Shown: positions 22,836 through 37,800 of the stretch, in pieces
How the letters are laid out: each line of letters starts with the position of its first letter
Numbering within the stretch: position 1 is the first letter of the stretch
NCBI GenBank assembly: GCA_040285825.1
Contig: JAUPSS010000001.1
Coordinates: forward strand, 2,232,001 to 2,296,000
Direction: 5' to 3'
DNA: 64,000 nt
Origin: Eukaryota sp. TZLM1-RC
Taxonomy: Eukaryota; Protista; Metamonada: BaSk clade
Program-made: the position numbers and the translations under genes
The notes under the pieces: generated by a model
Told to the model about the DNA's origin: nothing
Database searches by the model: none
What the model saw: only the letters and a program-made list of their open reading frames with translations

Positions 22836-25800
22836 ATGCAGTATCTTGCAATAATTTTTCTGATTTGTTTGCTTGCCCATGGCAAGTGTATGTTGGCTCC
22901 TTTTTCACCATAGTGACACTTTACCATGATCGGGATGATTGCACTTGGAGTGAACCTTTGTGCTGGTCCAACGGTGTACCCAATGAAGACGATGAAGTTT
23001 TTCTGACAGTTTGTCATTCATCAAATCATACATTATTTGAAGAACGAGGAGTGTTTCATCTTTCTACTCTTCATATAGGATCGGACAACTGCTACTTCTC
23101 TCTTGAACTCGGCCCATCTGCTTCGTTTACAATTGATCGTTTCAACTACACCTCTGGTTCCATTTTTGGATCAGGTTTTCTCCTCCTCATGGAGGATTCT
23201 ATGATCTTTTCCTCCCTCCCCAAGTCCCTTCACGTTCCTCTCTCTAACCAAGGCCGTCTTGGATTCAGTTCCCCAGACACTGCTTACCTTGGCCTTGCAG
23301 AGGGTGCGATTCTGCTGAACTCTGGTACTATAGACTTTGCTTCCTCTTCACTTATCGAACTAGCCCCTGATCACGACCACAATGGAGGCCAAAATCCCAA
23401 CTTTGAATGTACCCGTGATGTGATTGTTTCAACTACTGGAACTGTTACCATTGACGTCACCTTCCACGCGAGAGAACGTGTTTCTATCGAAAACGGTACT
23501 CTTATTCTAACTAACCCAGGTGACCTTACTGCTCAGTTTGCTTTACATGGAGATTTGGTATTAGAAGCAGATACAAGATTCGGCAGGGGTTCTTCTATTA
23601 CTCAGAAGGGAAGATTAATTATTACCCCTCAACTCACTGTACAAGTCAATGGTGATTATAACTTTCCAGGAGATTTAATAATAGGCGAAGGTTCTCTTTT
23701 AAGATTTGCCGATGGTTCTACTACCAGAAGTTTTCTTTGTAATGATGCTGGTGAATCTAGTGCAGTCATTTGGGAATCTTCTTCAAGTTTAAGACTTGAT
23801 ACTTTTTTGGTTGATGTAAAAAGTGGTTATTTCCTAATAGAATCAGGTGCTTCTTGGAATCCGTTGGGTTCTTTCACTAATATTATCAAACTTGATGGAG
23901 ATGCGGGGCTTGAATTTCAACCCAGTTCTGGTGAAATTAAGCTAGTCTCTCTGACTGTTGTTGGTAATTCTACTATTGTTTTAGAATCTGGTCCCGCTGC
24001 TGAAATTAATACCCTTTTACTAGGCTCTGGCTGTGAAGAAGAATTACCAATGGTTTTAGGTACCGATGTACTCAAAGTTTCTGACAAAATGGATTGGTTT
24101 AATGGTCATTTATATAATAGTGTAATTTTAACTGGAAATTTTTATTTGCATTCTTCCACAGAATTTTATCCAGCTGTTTATTTTTCTAATGTTGATTTTA
24201 TTGTAAAGGGAAATGCCTTTATTAACGGTACCCTTGTTATTAGTAGCTTTTCGACCATGTCTTTTAAAAGTGAAGCTTATTTTTATTCAGAATTTCCCCT
24301 TATTTTAGATGATGAAACCAGTGTTGCTTTTGAATCAACTTCCTGGAGTTATATTAAGCCTAGAGTCGAATATCCCATTGTACTAACTACTTTTGAAGAC
24401 GCAAGCTCTCAGGTCTCCTTTGCTGGTAATTTTACTGTGAATTCTCCAGGTTTTACAATTACTCCAAATGTTTCATCTTTATTCGCTCCAAATAGTAATT
24501 TTACCTTGGATAAATATACTGAGTTTTTAATTGAAAGTACAAATGAACCTCTTATTAATAGTACTTTCTCTCTTGGTGAAGGTTCCTTTGTTTCTACTAG
24601 TAATAATTTAATTACTTTTGTTTCAGATTCCGTAGTTTTTGGCAAAGGTTACTTAAACCCTGGTTTTGGCGGCGAAATTGTTTTTAAAGGTAATTATTCC
24701 GCGTCTCGTTTTATTTCAAAACCATCAGGTTCATTAAGATTCATTGATGCTTTTATCAATGAAATTACCGTTGTAGAAGGTTTTTCCGGTGCACTTAACT
24801 TTAACAATTGTAAATACTCCAAAGAGATTTGGGAATTAGATCTCATTTATCTTGACTCAGTGGATTCTTTATTTACAGATCTTGTTTCTAGTCTCGTATT
24901 AGATGATTTCATTGTAGATAACGGTACTCTAGTAGTTGAATCTATTGGCTTTAATTCTTCAATCAGTATTAATTACTTTTACTATTCAGGTTTTGTCGCT
25001 TTCAACAATCTCCCTGGAAAAATTAATTTTAATACGCTAACTGGTTCTAATAACACTTTTATAATCCTATCTCCACATGCTGAGGTTGTAAGTTCTAATA
25101 TAACTTTGTTTGGAGAGTCTGTTTTGGAAATTGTTAATTCAACTTTGGATATTTCTTTCCCTTATGTTTATTTGTATGATTTTTCCATGTTTCAGTTTGC
25201 CAATATCGGAAATTTGAATCTTGATGTAGTTAATATTGATGGTAACTCTACTCTTGTTGTTGATAATCTTTGTAATTTTCATGTTCAAAAAGGAGCTCAA
25301 AAAGACGACACTCTTGTAGAAATTGTTGACATCTCCAATCACGTCATGTTTGTTGATTACTCTGTGTTCAATAATTCTTTATTACAAATACGTGACTCTC
25401 ACAATGTCAAGGGTAATCTTTTGAATCAAGCCAAAACTGAATTACTTTCAATTTATTCCGCCAATTTCACTAATCTTCTCCAAACAGGTGCTTATTCAGC
25501 CTTATTTACCGCTATTGATTGCAATTCATTCTCAGCCAATCTATTTTCTGTTTCTGCTGGATCTTTTACTACTTCTAACATTAACAAATTTGAATTTGAT
25601 CATTTCAAACTCTCAGCAATTGATGAACCAACCAGGGTTTTGCTTTTTGATTCTGATTGTATTACATTTAACTCAGAATTAACACTCTTTCCCAATTCTG
25701 AATTATACATTGATGCTGTTGAATCTGCTCTTGTACTCCCCTTAATTGATATTAGCGGTTTATTGGACATTGTACATTTGGAATTCAGTCTTGATTTACC

Positions 25801-28800
25801 TTCAATTAATTTAAACAGTTATGCGGTATTGAATCTCAACACGGGAAGGGATGTTATTTGTTTAGATTTTTTTAATATTAATGACAATTCTACTAGGTCT
25901 GGTAGTGACACACTAATTGTTAAGAAAAATTCACTTATTAGTGGTGGAAGATTTATTGATTCTGGGAAAACTGTATTTGAACAAGCTGTTGAATTTAAAA
26001 CTTCTGATACCAAAACTATAACTAATAACGCCAAAGTTGAGTTGTTAGCTGATTCTATTGTTAATTCTGACGTAGATACACTTTTTATGGGTCAAGGAGC
26101 AGAATTAATTCTTGTTGAAAATGTTAATTTTGATATCCATAGTGCTCTTTTTATTACTCATTTACCATTCGAGTCAAATCGAGCCAAGTTCATTTTCAAA
26201 TCTGGCAGTATAGTCAATTTCAAACAATCTGCGCTTATTTCACCCTTTTTACAAGGGACGGTCACCTTTAATGTTGAGTCAGACCCTGTTACTTTGGCTG
26301 GAGGAGGTGATTTGACCTCTTCTTATTTTAATATCACCGATAGTTCTATTGTTTTTGATGGTATCTGTTTGGACTCCACTAGTGAAGTACCTTGTCTTGA
26401 ACCTTTATTTTTTAAAATCGATTCAAATTCTCAATTTAAATCAATTCCTTCTAGTGTTGAAACCAAACCAAATGCTTATGTTTCTTTCGCAGGTACTTAC
26501 AGTTTGGAACCCAATTATGAACATTTAGGAGGTATTTTTGAATTCACTAGTTCAACTGAAATGAATTTGGATTCCTTAACTTCTATTGATGGTACTTTTA
26601 GAAGCGTAGATTCAGAATCCCAAGGTCGAAATAACTTTACCTCAATTACTTCTATTGGAGGTGCTATTGAATTTATTGATACTGATGATTTTATTACTCC
26701 TTTTGTTAATCTTATTGGCGGTGATTTATTGTTTGATTCTTCTTTTACAACTGAAGATTCTCTTTACTTACCATTGACCCTCATTGATAACAATTCTACT
26801 ATTACCTTCACTGACTCCTTTGCTTATTTAGAAGAAGTTTTGTTGGAAAAGGGTACTATCAGGGCAATTAATAATGAGATTTCCATAACAAATCTCTTGA
26901 CTGTGGACGAAGGCAGTTTCTCAACTAACAATACTGTTATCAACATCAATAATGAAGCGTCTGTGTTATTCACTGGTGATGCTGATAAACAATTACTCGA
27001 AAACTCTTTAATAGACCTAAATGGTACTCTCATTTTAGATTCAGATGGTTATTTTATTGGTCATTCTGGTGCCGTTTTTACTGTTCTAGAAGGTGCCAAT
27101 ATTACTTTATTATCACCCTCAGTATGGAAGCAATCTGATGTTTCCAATGAAACTAGGTCTCTATTTTACCTTGCTTCGCCTTCTGATGTTTTCACTGTAA
27201 TGATTAATTTGGATATTTCTTGGTATATTCATTCAGAAGCCTTAATTAATGTAATTGATGATTCCATCTTTAGAATTGCTGGAGGTGGTTTTTTTAATTC
27301 TGATATTGTTTTATGTGCTAATTGTACTCTTGAATTGGCCGATGGGGAGTTTATTTTTCCCTCTCATTCTAAGTTGAGAGGATTAAATGATAACTTGGAG
27401 TCCACTTACTTTATTACTGATGGTTCTTCTGTGTTTTTTGAAGGTTTGTTCCTGCTTGATCCTGATATTATTCTTGGTTCTGGTTATCTACATTTTATGG
27501 AGGGTTCTGTTTACAATGTTTCTTCTTTAATCGTACCAAAAGGAGGTTCTATTGGGTTTTCCGAGTGCCCTGACACTGGAATTTTTGAATTATCACATTT
27601 AATTATAGAAGGTTCCGTTGAATTTAGCTCTTTGAAGTGTGATGTTGTTGTTTCCAACTTAATTATTAATGGTGGTTCATTGTCTTTATCCAATTTAACT
27701 GGAAATGTTCTTTTTTTAGGAATGAGTCTCAATGGCGGATCTATGGTATTTTCCGAACTTGTTGAACCTCTTCATTTAGATTTTCTTGATGTTAATGGAA
27801 CTCATGTTGTTTTTGATACAAATCATGAAGTTTTTGTAAACAATATGACTTTATTTGGATCTTCCAAGATTTCTGGCCAGGATACTGTGCATATTACCGA
27901 CCACTTTACTTGGTTTGGAGGTGATTTTAGTGAAGTTTCAGTTATTGTTGGTGATTATTCTCATTTTATTTTGTCTAGCCCTACCTCAAAGTCCATGTCT
28001 AATGCCAGTATTACGGTATTAAACAGTGCTATTGTTGATGATTTTGTAAATCTTGAGTTTTATTCTCATTCAAGTTTAGCTTTTTCAGACCATTCTGTCG
28101 TTGATTTCTATGATTCTCCTTCTTTTGTTTCAAATTCTCTTAATAGCTCCAACAATTATTTTGCTTTAAACGGCACAAGTTCTATTCATTTCGGAACACT
28201 TGAAATTGACGTTCATTTGATTCATAATGGGTACTTATTTGGTAATTCATCATCAATTGTTCTGTCTAATGGTGGTGATGTTCATGGGTTTATGGAATTT
28301 TCTGGTTTTGGAACCTTTGATATCTTGGAAAAAGGATCAGTTATTTTCTACTCTAGTTCCCTATTACTTGGATCTGATGTGCATTTTTCTGTCAATTACA
28401 CTGATCGCAACTCCAACTTCACTTATATTGGAGATCCACTTGAAGTTTTATTTTATGGTAATTACTCCTTAGATGAGAACCTATTCTTTGGTTTTGGAAG
28501 TGTTTATTTTGAACCTGGATCTACTTTCACCATCACTGACTTAGTTATTGAGTACCCTGCTGTGGTTAAGTTTTCTGGTAACGAAGGTTCTTTGTGGACT
28601 TTGAATTACTTGTTTGTGTCTGGTTATTTAGAAGTTTCTGATTTACACAGGGACCTCAATATTATCAATTTTGTCCAAAATGGTACTGAATCAACTGTAA
28701 TTTGGGAAGATATTCATTCTCCATTCCTCATTAATCAAACTTATATCGAAAGTGGATGGATTCATTTTGCTGAATGTAAGGATTTGGAAATTATTGATTT

Positions 28801-31800
28801 TTCCTTATTCAATGCCACAATGTCTACTCAACAATTGACCAATCCTCTTATTCACTATTTAGATTTCAAATATTCAACTGTTTCCTTCCTAGAAAATGAT
28901 ACCCCAATTAGAATTAATGATTGCACTATTGAAAAGCAGTCTGTTTTCATAAGCAACACAGGTCATGTTATTGAAACAGGACACCTCTTGTTTAATGATT
29001 CTCTAGTTACGGGTATCGACACTGTTGAATCTGAAGAATTCTTGTTCCATTCTGGCTCGGTTGACCTTTATATTATTTCCCAATTTATCTATTTTGAAAA
29101 GACCTTTGACAAGGTGTTACTAGCTAATTCTAGTATCACAGTTGTGAATCATGCTGTTTGGAATGAAGGTTGTATAATTGGACACTCTCCTTCCTCTATT
29201 ATTGTTGATGAATTTGCATATTTTGATTTAAACGGTGAATCTTTGTTTTACCCCAGATCAGTCAAACCTTCAACTTTTCATAATGCCCCCCGTTTTATTA
29301 TCAAGGGTCAAGCAAGTAAAATTTCTCCCACTGATTTAATTTGTTCATTTGAGATTTTTATTGCCACATCCGGCTCCTTCAATCTGGATAAGGGAAAACT
29401 TTATTTAGCAGCTGGTGGTGAATCACTGGGTACTTTTCATTCCAAAGATTCGTCTCATTTGGAACTAGGTCCTTATAGAACGTCATTTTTTTATGTCTTT
29501 GGTTTTGAATTATTCTCATTTGGCCAAGGTTCTAATACTGCAATTAATGGATTACTGTCCCTTCATCAATATTCCACCCTCAAGGTTTCTGGTCAATTTG
29601 AGATGCCGACTGCTTCTTTTGATCGTGGTTTAATTCATTTTGGTACTAATGCCAACCTCACTGCTAATTCTTGGTCTTGCTTCGACTATTGTTCTATTGT
29701 TTTTAGAGGCTCTGAAGTAATTAATTTTAATAATTCTGTTTCTGTTGAGAATGGTGGTAGTATTTATTTTGAGGATATTATCACCTCGGTTCACATTGGC
29801 TATTTAACTTTACATGGTGGTTTTCTGCGGTTTTCTTCAGGAACTGATGTCACTATTGGTGTTTTTGATTTCATTTCTGGTAATATCGAGGGTACTGATG
29901 ATGTAGTAATTACCCAATCAGGATTCTGGAAGAATGGTAGAATTGGTTCCCATAGAGATAGTAGAGAACAATTTGAGTTGGTTTTTGGTTCAGACTCTCT
30001 TGTATTATTTGAAGACTATTACCTAAAACACTTGAGTTTTAATGCCTCACTTATTAATAATGGAACCATGGCTTTTGTTGATGATTTTATATTTTACTCT
30101 TATCAAGATGCAATATTTGCTAATAATGGTTTGCTTCAATTTGGATACCTATGTGGAGATGTTTTATGCAGTGACTTGGATAACTTTTTCTTTTCAGTAA
30201 TGGATGTAAATAGAACGGACAATGTTCATTTACCCTTATTTATTAATAATGACAACTTTGTCAAACTCAATGGAACTGGTCATTTAACAAATCAACTGAA
30301 GTTTTTACAAACTAATTCTGGAGTTTTTGATTTAAAATCAACAGTATTTAGGCAGTTCCAGGGCAATGCTACACTTGATGGATTGTTCAATTTCGATCCT
30401 TTTACCACTTTTGATGTTTATAATTCCTTGGTTGTTGTCACTGAAGATGCAGTTTTTGATGGTTTAAAGGCTACTTTGCGTACTAATCGTTTAGGTGAAA
30501 TAGTATTTAGTGGAAGGTACAATTTAACTCTTGATTTTGTACACGATATAGGTACGTTTACTTTTACTAATAGGACTTGTATAGACCTTGATACCATTAC
30601 TATTAATGATGGTATATTAAACTTTTACGAAGGTAAAGAACGAAGTGAAATCTTTGATTTTGATTTATTAGCAATTCATGGAGGTAAACTCACCATTACT
30701 GAAGTTAATCAGCCCTTCTTCATCAGCCTTTTGAAACAAACCGATGGAGAATTAATTGTTGAAGAAATTAATAACTATCTTACCTTTGATGTGGTTGATT
30801 TTGAAGGGGGAAAAGCTACATTTGAAGATGTATTACTCAATACCACTTTTATTTCAAAACCTCAGAATTTAGGAGGTTCTTTTTCCTTAATTAATCTTTA
30901 TGAATGGTTGGTATTTGAAGGTGGCTTGTATGTTGAAACTGGGCATACTTTGTTCATTAGTAATGTTTACAATAATGTTTGGACCCCAGAAAGTTTCTCC
31001 CTTGGTGGTGAGGTTACTTTTATAGATTTACACAAAGACTTGTTAATTGATGACATGTTTACTGGTGTCCATGGTTCTTTTATCCTTTTCTCTAATGTTG
31101 AAGGCACTGTTCGAGTGTTGAATGAACTTCAAACTACTGGTGGAAGAACTACTTTTGAAAATGTTGGCAACCCTGAACAGTATTCAAATATCACTGTATT
31201 ATCTGGTACTGGGGGCGAGTGTGAGTTTATTACCCTTCCTTTATTTACTGTTGAAATTTTTGAACCTCAAGGTGCCAATTTTTTATTCGAAAATATTCAA
31301 GATCATTTTATTGTTCCTTCTTTTGACATCAAAGGTGGATCATTGGTTGAAATGAAGGACTTTTCTGGTGATTTCCCAATTGTTCTATATGTTGTTGAAA
31401 TTATTCAAGGTACGTTACGATTAAATACTCGATATTTGGTTAATATTGACCACTTGGTTTTAGATGGTGATAAGCGAAGTTCTGCCACAAGAGATGGTAG
31501 TGATCGAGCAGTTGTTCACCATGAAATTCATTTTAAAGGTGGAGGATTTAGGGGAGGTATCACTGAATCTGACGAACCTTTAATTTTATATACCCATCAA
31601 AGTAAGCAAATTTCTGGAACTAGTACCAAGGTAGTGGCAAATTCATCGTGTATGATTGATGTAGAAAATGGTGAGATTTATGGCGATAAGAACGGTGCTC
31701 TGGAGTTGATGAATGTCACTAATGTTATTGGAGATTTTGTTTTTTCTGTTTATGGTAGTAGTGACAAAAATGTTTCGGTCGGAGTATTCCGCAATTATGG

Positions 31801-34800
31801 CGAATTATATTTTAAAAACGCCACCAAACAACGCCATCTTCACTGGAAAGTTGAGTTGAAACCAGATACTATTAATGAAGTTCTGGATTTCGAATTAGCT
31901 CTTGGAACTGGTGGTGGTGTTATTGAAACCAATATTACCCTTTGTTCTACCTGTTTACTCGCTTTCAACTCTGAAATGGTTGATAACCAAAACGTTTACC
32001 AGTTATTCACACCTACTTCAGCAATTTCTTGCCCTACTTGCAGAGTTGTCTTCAGAACTGATGGTTCATATGTCATATTTAACGGTATTTTCGACCTACT
32101 CTCAGACCATAATCAAACATTTGGACGGTTGTTTTTCCTTGAAGAAGCAAGACATCCTATCAGTAAGCTGGTTATAAAACGAGGTTATGTTTCTTTTGAT
32201 CATAGTACGTATTTTGGTTTGGAAAGTGGTCAGAACTTTACTTATGAATCTGTTGTTTTGAATGAATGTGGTAGGCTGCGTCATATTAGGTCTATTTATG
32301 GTCTATTGTTTCCTAATTTAGATATTAATGGAGGAACTCTTGATATTGTTCACCATAATTTATCTTTTGTTATTCCCAAACACCAAACAATTGATAATGG
32401 TGGTGCTTTAAGACTAACTGATTTAGAATATGCATGGAGTACTTCTTCTGTAATTGTAAACCATGGCTACTTATCTCTTAATACTGGTAATACAGTTTCA
32501 ATGGTTTCAATTACTATGAATCTTCCTGATGAAAGTGACTTTTTCAGTGCAAATTGTTTAAGCCAAAATGAGTTTGACAGACGACGAATTGGTATGCATG
32601 AATCCTACAATCAATCTTCTATTCACGGGACTGATATCCTTGAAGTTGAATTTCTTGACTGGAATGGTGGTGAATTAGCTATTCGTCAATTGGATGTTTT
32701 GTATAAGCTTAACTCTACTAACGCCAAGGGAAGGGGAATGAGTAATAATATGGATTTAAATATTCATAATGATGCTTTTATCGGTGGCCCCGGAAACGTA
32801 ACTATGGATGCAAGGGATTTAAACGCTAGGGTAAATATTCGGGTATTGGCTGATGGTCATGTAAGATTTGTTGATTCGGTTGAGTTTAATAGTACTTATC
32901 CTGTGGAAAGTATCAGTCGTGAAAGACTTCATTATTTGACCAACCATGGTGTTTTAGACTTTCCTGTTGAAAATATTGAGGTTGCATTAGACCTGTCCGT
33001 CCAACAGCACAATATATTTACTGCAACAGAATCTGTTTCTGTATTTTACAATGCATCATCATTTTCCAACTCATCAGCTCGTTATTTCCTTGAGGAAGAT
33101 GCAAAATTACTTCTAGGGCCTTGGAACCATGACTTTAGAGAAGGTAGTGTAGCCAGTGGTGCAGGGAATATGCATTTGCATGGGTGGAATTCAAGTTGCA
33201 AATACCACGTTGAAATAGATTCAACACCCAAGGAATGGTTGTATCAAGTTTTGTTCAATGGTTTTTGGGATCTAAGCCATGTATTCAGTCAAGGTAATGG
33301 TGCTTGGTATTTTGGTGAACATGCAATTCTTAACATTACTGAATTTTATCTTCGAGATCGCTCTGTTTTAACCATTGATCATTCTACATCTGTTACAGGA
33401 AACTTTTCTTTGGATGTTTTCGATGTTGCCACTACTTCTGATGTTTATATCTATGGTTTACAAGAACCCGTTACCTCTAAGGTGTTGAGAATGACTTCAT
33501 CTGAAACATTAAGATTTGGACAAACTTCTGAAGCTACTTCATTTACTGATGTGGAACTTTTCAACGGTGAAGCTGAATTTAGCACCACGCATGATTTAAC
33601 CCTCAATTCTTTCATTCTTGATGGTGGACATAAGAGTGGGTCAGATGACATTTATGTAAAAGATTTTATTTGGCGTTGTGGTTATATCAGCGGTTCTGGT
33701 AGGATTTATGTGAGTCGAAATGGTAGAATTGAACACTGCATTAGTAGTTCTAGAACCAAAACCATAGAAGATACATCCAGAATTGTCTTTTTACCCTCAG
33801 CTCAATTGGATATTGATACAGGAAACACTGTTAGATTACAAGACTCTTCATTAATCACTTCTGAATGTCCAACAACTATTCTTCGGTCCAGATTTGATGG
33901 TACAGGCCAAACTGTCAGTTTCCATGGTCCTTATACAATACTTGCAGGAAGTCATGTTCGTCGTTTCAATACTTCTATATCAATTAGAAACAGTTTTAAC
34001 CATACAGGAGGTACAGTTAGATTTAACGGTTCTCTTGATGTTTATGATGATTATTTCATTAAAGATTCATGCAGAGTTTTCTTTGAAGAATATGGAGCTT
34101 GTTGGAGAAGATCTTTTAACGCCAAGTATATCTTCCATAACACATCCAGAGTAATTGAACAATTAGATACCTTTTCTCTTCAACCAGCCCAATTTAGACC
34201 TGATCATTGTGCTGCTCATGTGGAAGTTCGACATGTATTTTCAGTCCAATATCTTTATCTTGATACTGGTTTTGTCACTTTTACAGGCCCTGTGGATCTC
34301 TCTATATCCAGAATTCACATTTCTTCTAATGCTACTTTGAATTTCCGCGATTTCTCCAGTCACTTAGGCACTGTTCGAGGCTTTGAAGTAATTGATGATG
34401 CCATCATGAGTTTTGAAACTGGAATCGGTTTAGTTACTTTTGATGGTTATGGTGTATTGGATGATAGGGGTACTATTAAAGGAACAGGTGATAACATTGT
34501 GATTAATTCTACTGATATCAATTCTGATGAAGTTTTTGAATGGAGAGGAGGTGGGTTTAGTGGTGACATGGTTGTTGACATATTCAATCCATTAGACATC
34601 ACCAGTAATTCTGCTAAACGCCTTGAAAATATGGTCCACGTCATTGTTCATGACGAAGTTCGATGGACTGGAAGTGGTGCTTTTAATGGTTATGATGACT
34701 CTACGTTTGAAATCAGCTCCACTGGTTCCTTAACTTTAACCTCTAATACGGAACTTGTTTGTAATCATCGGTCTGGTAATTCATCACTTACTCCCAAGGT

Positions 34801-37800
34801 TTGTGATGCCCTGTTTGTAATTAATGGAGAGCTCAATTTGATGCCATTCTTGGTACGCTTTAGGAGTTTCTGGAACTTTAAGGTAAATGGCGAATTTAAT
34901 ATCGAATTTGGTACTTTTGAAGCTTATGCTGCTGTGCTTGGTAATGGCAATTTTACTATTAATACACCTGGTACTTTGGCTTTCCATTCAGAGTCGGAAC
35001 TTTCGGTTCTGGGACCAACTTCAAGAGTTATTTGTCACGGTGAAATTCGTCTTTATTCCAATGCAGTTGTTCATTCACATGGTTATTTCTCTACTGATTC
35101 AGATGTACGTATCAATGAAGGTACTTTGATATTCGATGATGATGCCTTTTTGGCAAATTCTTTTAATCTTGAGGTTGTTTATGGCGAAGCAAGGTTCAAT
35201 AAGGTTTCACAAATGGTCCCTCTTCGAACAGTAACTTGCCATTATGGTGATGTCAACTTTTTCACCAATACCTTGATTACTATCACCGATTTGGTTTTGA
35301 TTAATGGTTTTTCTGGTGGTTATGACGAGGTTCACGTAACCAATCATTTAGATTGGCAAGGTGGTGGGTTTGGGGAAAATGCAATGGTAGTTATCCTGAA
35401 CACAGCGGAAGCTGCGCCTCAAGGTTTTGATCGTTTTATGTATAATCATTCTGTTTTAATTAATAGAGGAGAATTTGATGTTATCGGTTTTGGAATATTT
35501 TATGGTTCAGAAGCCCAAATAATTAACGAGGAGGGCGCAGAGATGACATTTGTACAAACTCTTACATGGATTGATGACTCTTGCAACAACACAAGGTCAA
35601 TGCTCCTCAACCAAGGAACCCTTACGATGTTTGTTTCCACTTTTTCAAATGATTTTTATTTTGAAAATTATGGTCTGGTTGATCTGCAATTCGGAGAATT
35701 TTTAATGGCTGGAGGTGGTTTTTCTGTTTATGAAATCATTTGTCAACCAAATACTAGAATTGGAGTTGTTGGAGATCCTTTTACTTTTGAAGATGCTCCT
35801 GGTTCTAAAATTGTTGGTAATAGTTTTTATTTCATTATTAGGGAAGCTACAGGGATTATCTATATTAAAACTGAGTTTTCATTTTTTGAATCCCAAATCC
35901 AAGACCATGGTCAATTAATCATTACTGAAGGAGCTCGTATTACTGAAGATGTTTCGCTTACTGTTAGAGGTACTCATGTTGTTTTTGAAAAGTTTACTAT
36001 TGTTGAAGGAGGAAAATTTGAAAGACTTCATATAAGAGTGCAAGGTATTGTGTCATTTATTACTGGATTAGATATTCACCTAGATTCACTTACTATTCAA
36101 GGAGGTTTCCGAGGTGGTTTTGATACACTTTATATTGCTAATCAATTTGATTGGCGAGAAGGTGGTGGTTTCATTTCTTCTGGTGACAAGCAGTCAGTTA
36201 CTATTGCTGAAAAGGGCTGTGTTATTCACGATACTTGGGAAAAAGATGTAGGTGATTTTGCAACTGTTATTTTCAATGGTCCAGTTGAATGGCGTCGAGA
36301 TTGCCCCATTGTTGGTGGTAAAAACGCAAGTGTTGTTTTTAACGATATTCTACAAGTGTTAGATGGTGGTTTTTTCTTGCTTGATTTCACCCCAAACTAT
36401 TCTATTATTGATATGGACACCTATTTACCCCACACAACACCAGATAGTTTGCCAGTAGTTTATGTTAACCATGGAATGGAACTGATTGAGTCTGGAAATG
36501 GATTTAGCTTTGAATGGGAATTACAAAATTTAGCCAATATTACTATTCCAGAAGATTTTGTAATGAAGGTTCTTTCTGGAGGTTATGATTCCCATCCATC
36601 ACGATTACTCTCTACTCCTGGATCTACTCTTGAAGTAGTTGCTCCTTATCCCTATATTTATGATGAAAACACCTGGTTTTATGCAAATAGATCAACACTT
36701 AAAATGACTGATGGTTCCATTATTGTTTACTATGGCTTTGTCTGTTTTGATAACGCAGTTGTTGGACCTTCGGGTACTATTGTGTTTAGAGGAAATGCTA
36801 CTGTGTGTGAGTGGACAAGCTTTGAAATTGGTGGAACAGATATCTCAGTCGAAGGCGATACTACTTTTTGTTCCCTTGTCCTTCGTGGTGATTTCTTTGG
36901 TGAGGATGGTTCTTCTTTAATCATTACTTGTGATTTAACTTGGTATAAGGGTTATATTGGAGGTGATTCTCTGGTCAGAATAACGCCTGAAGCGTATCTT
37001 TATATTAAACCAGATCCGGATTGGGAACCAAGTGATGAATTTGAAGTGCAACATATCTTATTTGAAACCACAAGAATTCTCAATCAAGGTGCAGGTTTTG
37101 TTACCGCCAATGTTTCTGGTTCAGTTGATGCTTTGTTTACTAATGAAGGCAATTTTACTTTTATTAATGGCGATTGGTATAAATACCATAATGTTTCAGA
37201 TGCCATCAGCACCTTTGATAATGAGGGCAAAGTTGTGGTTGAATCTGATGATCATGTTGCTTTTTATTGGAAGTTTATTCAAGAAGTTGGCGAATTTGTT
37301 GCAAAATCAGGCAGTTTTGAATTTGGCGAAGTTTCCACAATTTCTAATAAGTTTACTACAAAACCTTTGTCTAAACTGTTTGTTACCAATTTATTAACTT
37401 TTGATGCTGCTACAATAACATTTGAATCTCCCCATTTCACTCCTAAAAATGGTGCAATTGTTTCATTCAACCATTGCAGTGTAGTTTCTTTCGATATCGA
37501 ACACTTCAAGCTTTCCTCTCATGGAGAACTTGTTTTTGAAGGTGGAGCTGTGCTTCAACAGTCACCTGAAGTTTTCCAACTCAACAATGGAGTGGTCAAA
37601 TTAAAAGATGTTGATCCCAAATTTTCGATTGACAAGTTATATCAAACTGGAGGTGTTTTACATGTTGAAAATTGCCCTCAAGGGATTCTGGTTGATTCTT
37701 TTAAATTTGACGATGGTATTGTTGAAACTGTTTCCAAATGGAGTATTAATTCAACGATTTGGAATGGGGGTGAGTTTACCGGAGCAGAAGTGCTTTCAAT

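Noticed and set aside
22865-22915. ORF-track N-terminus MFACPWQVYVGSFFTIV of the giant ORF
   Set aside because: TTG start in a eukaryote; better explained as out-of-frame exon 1 plus intron sequence.
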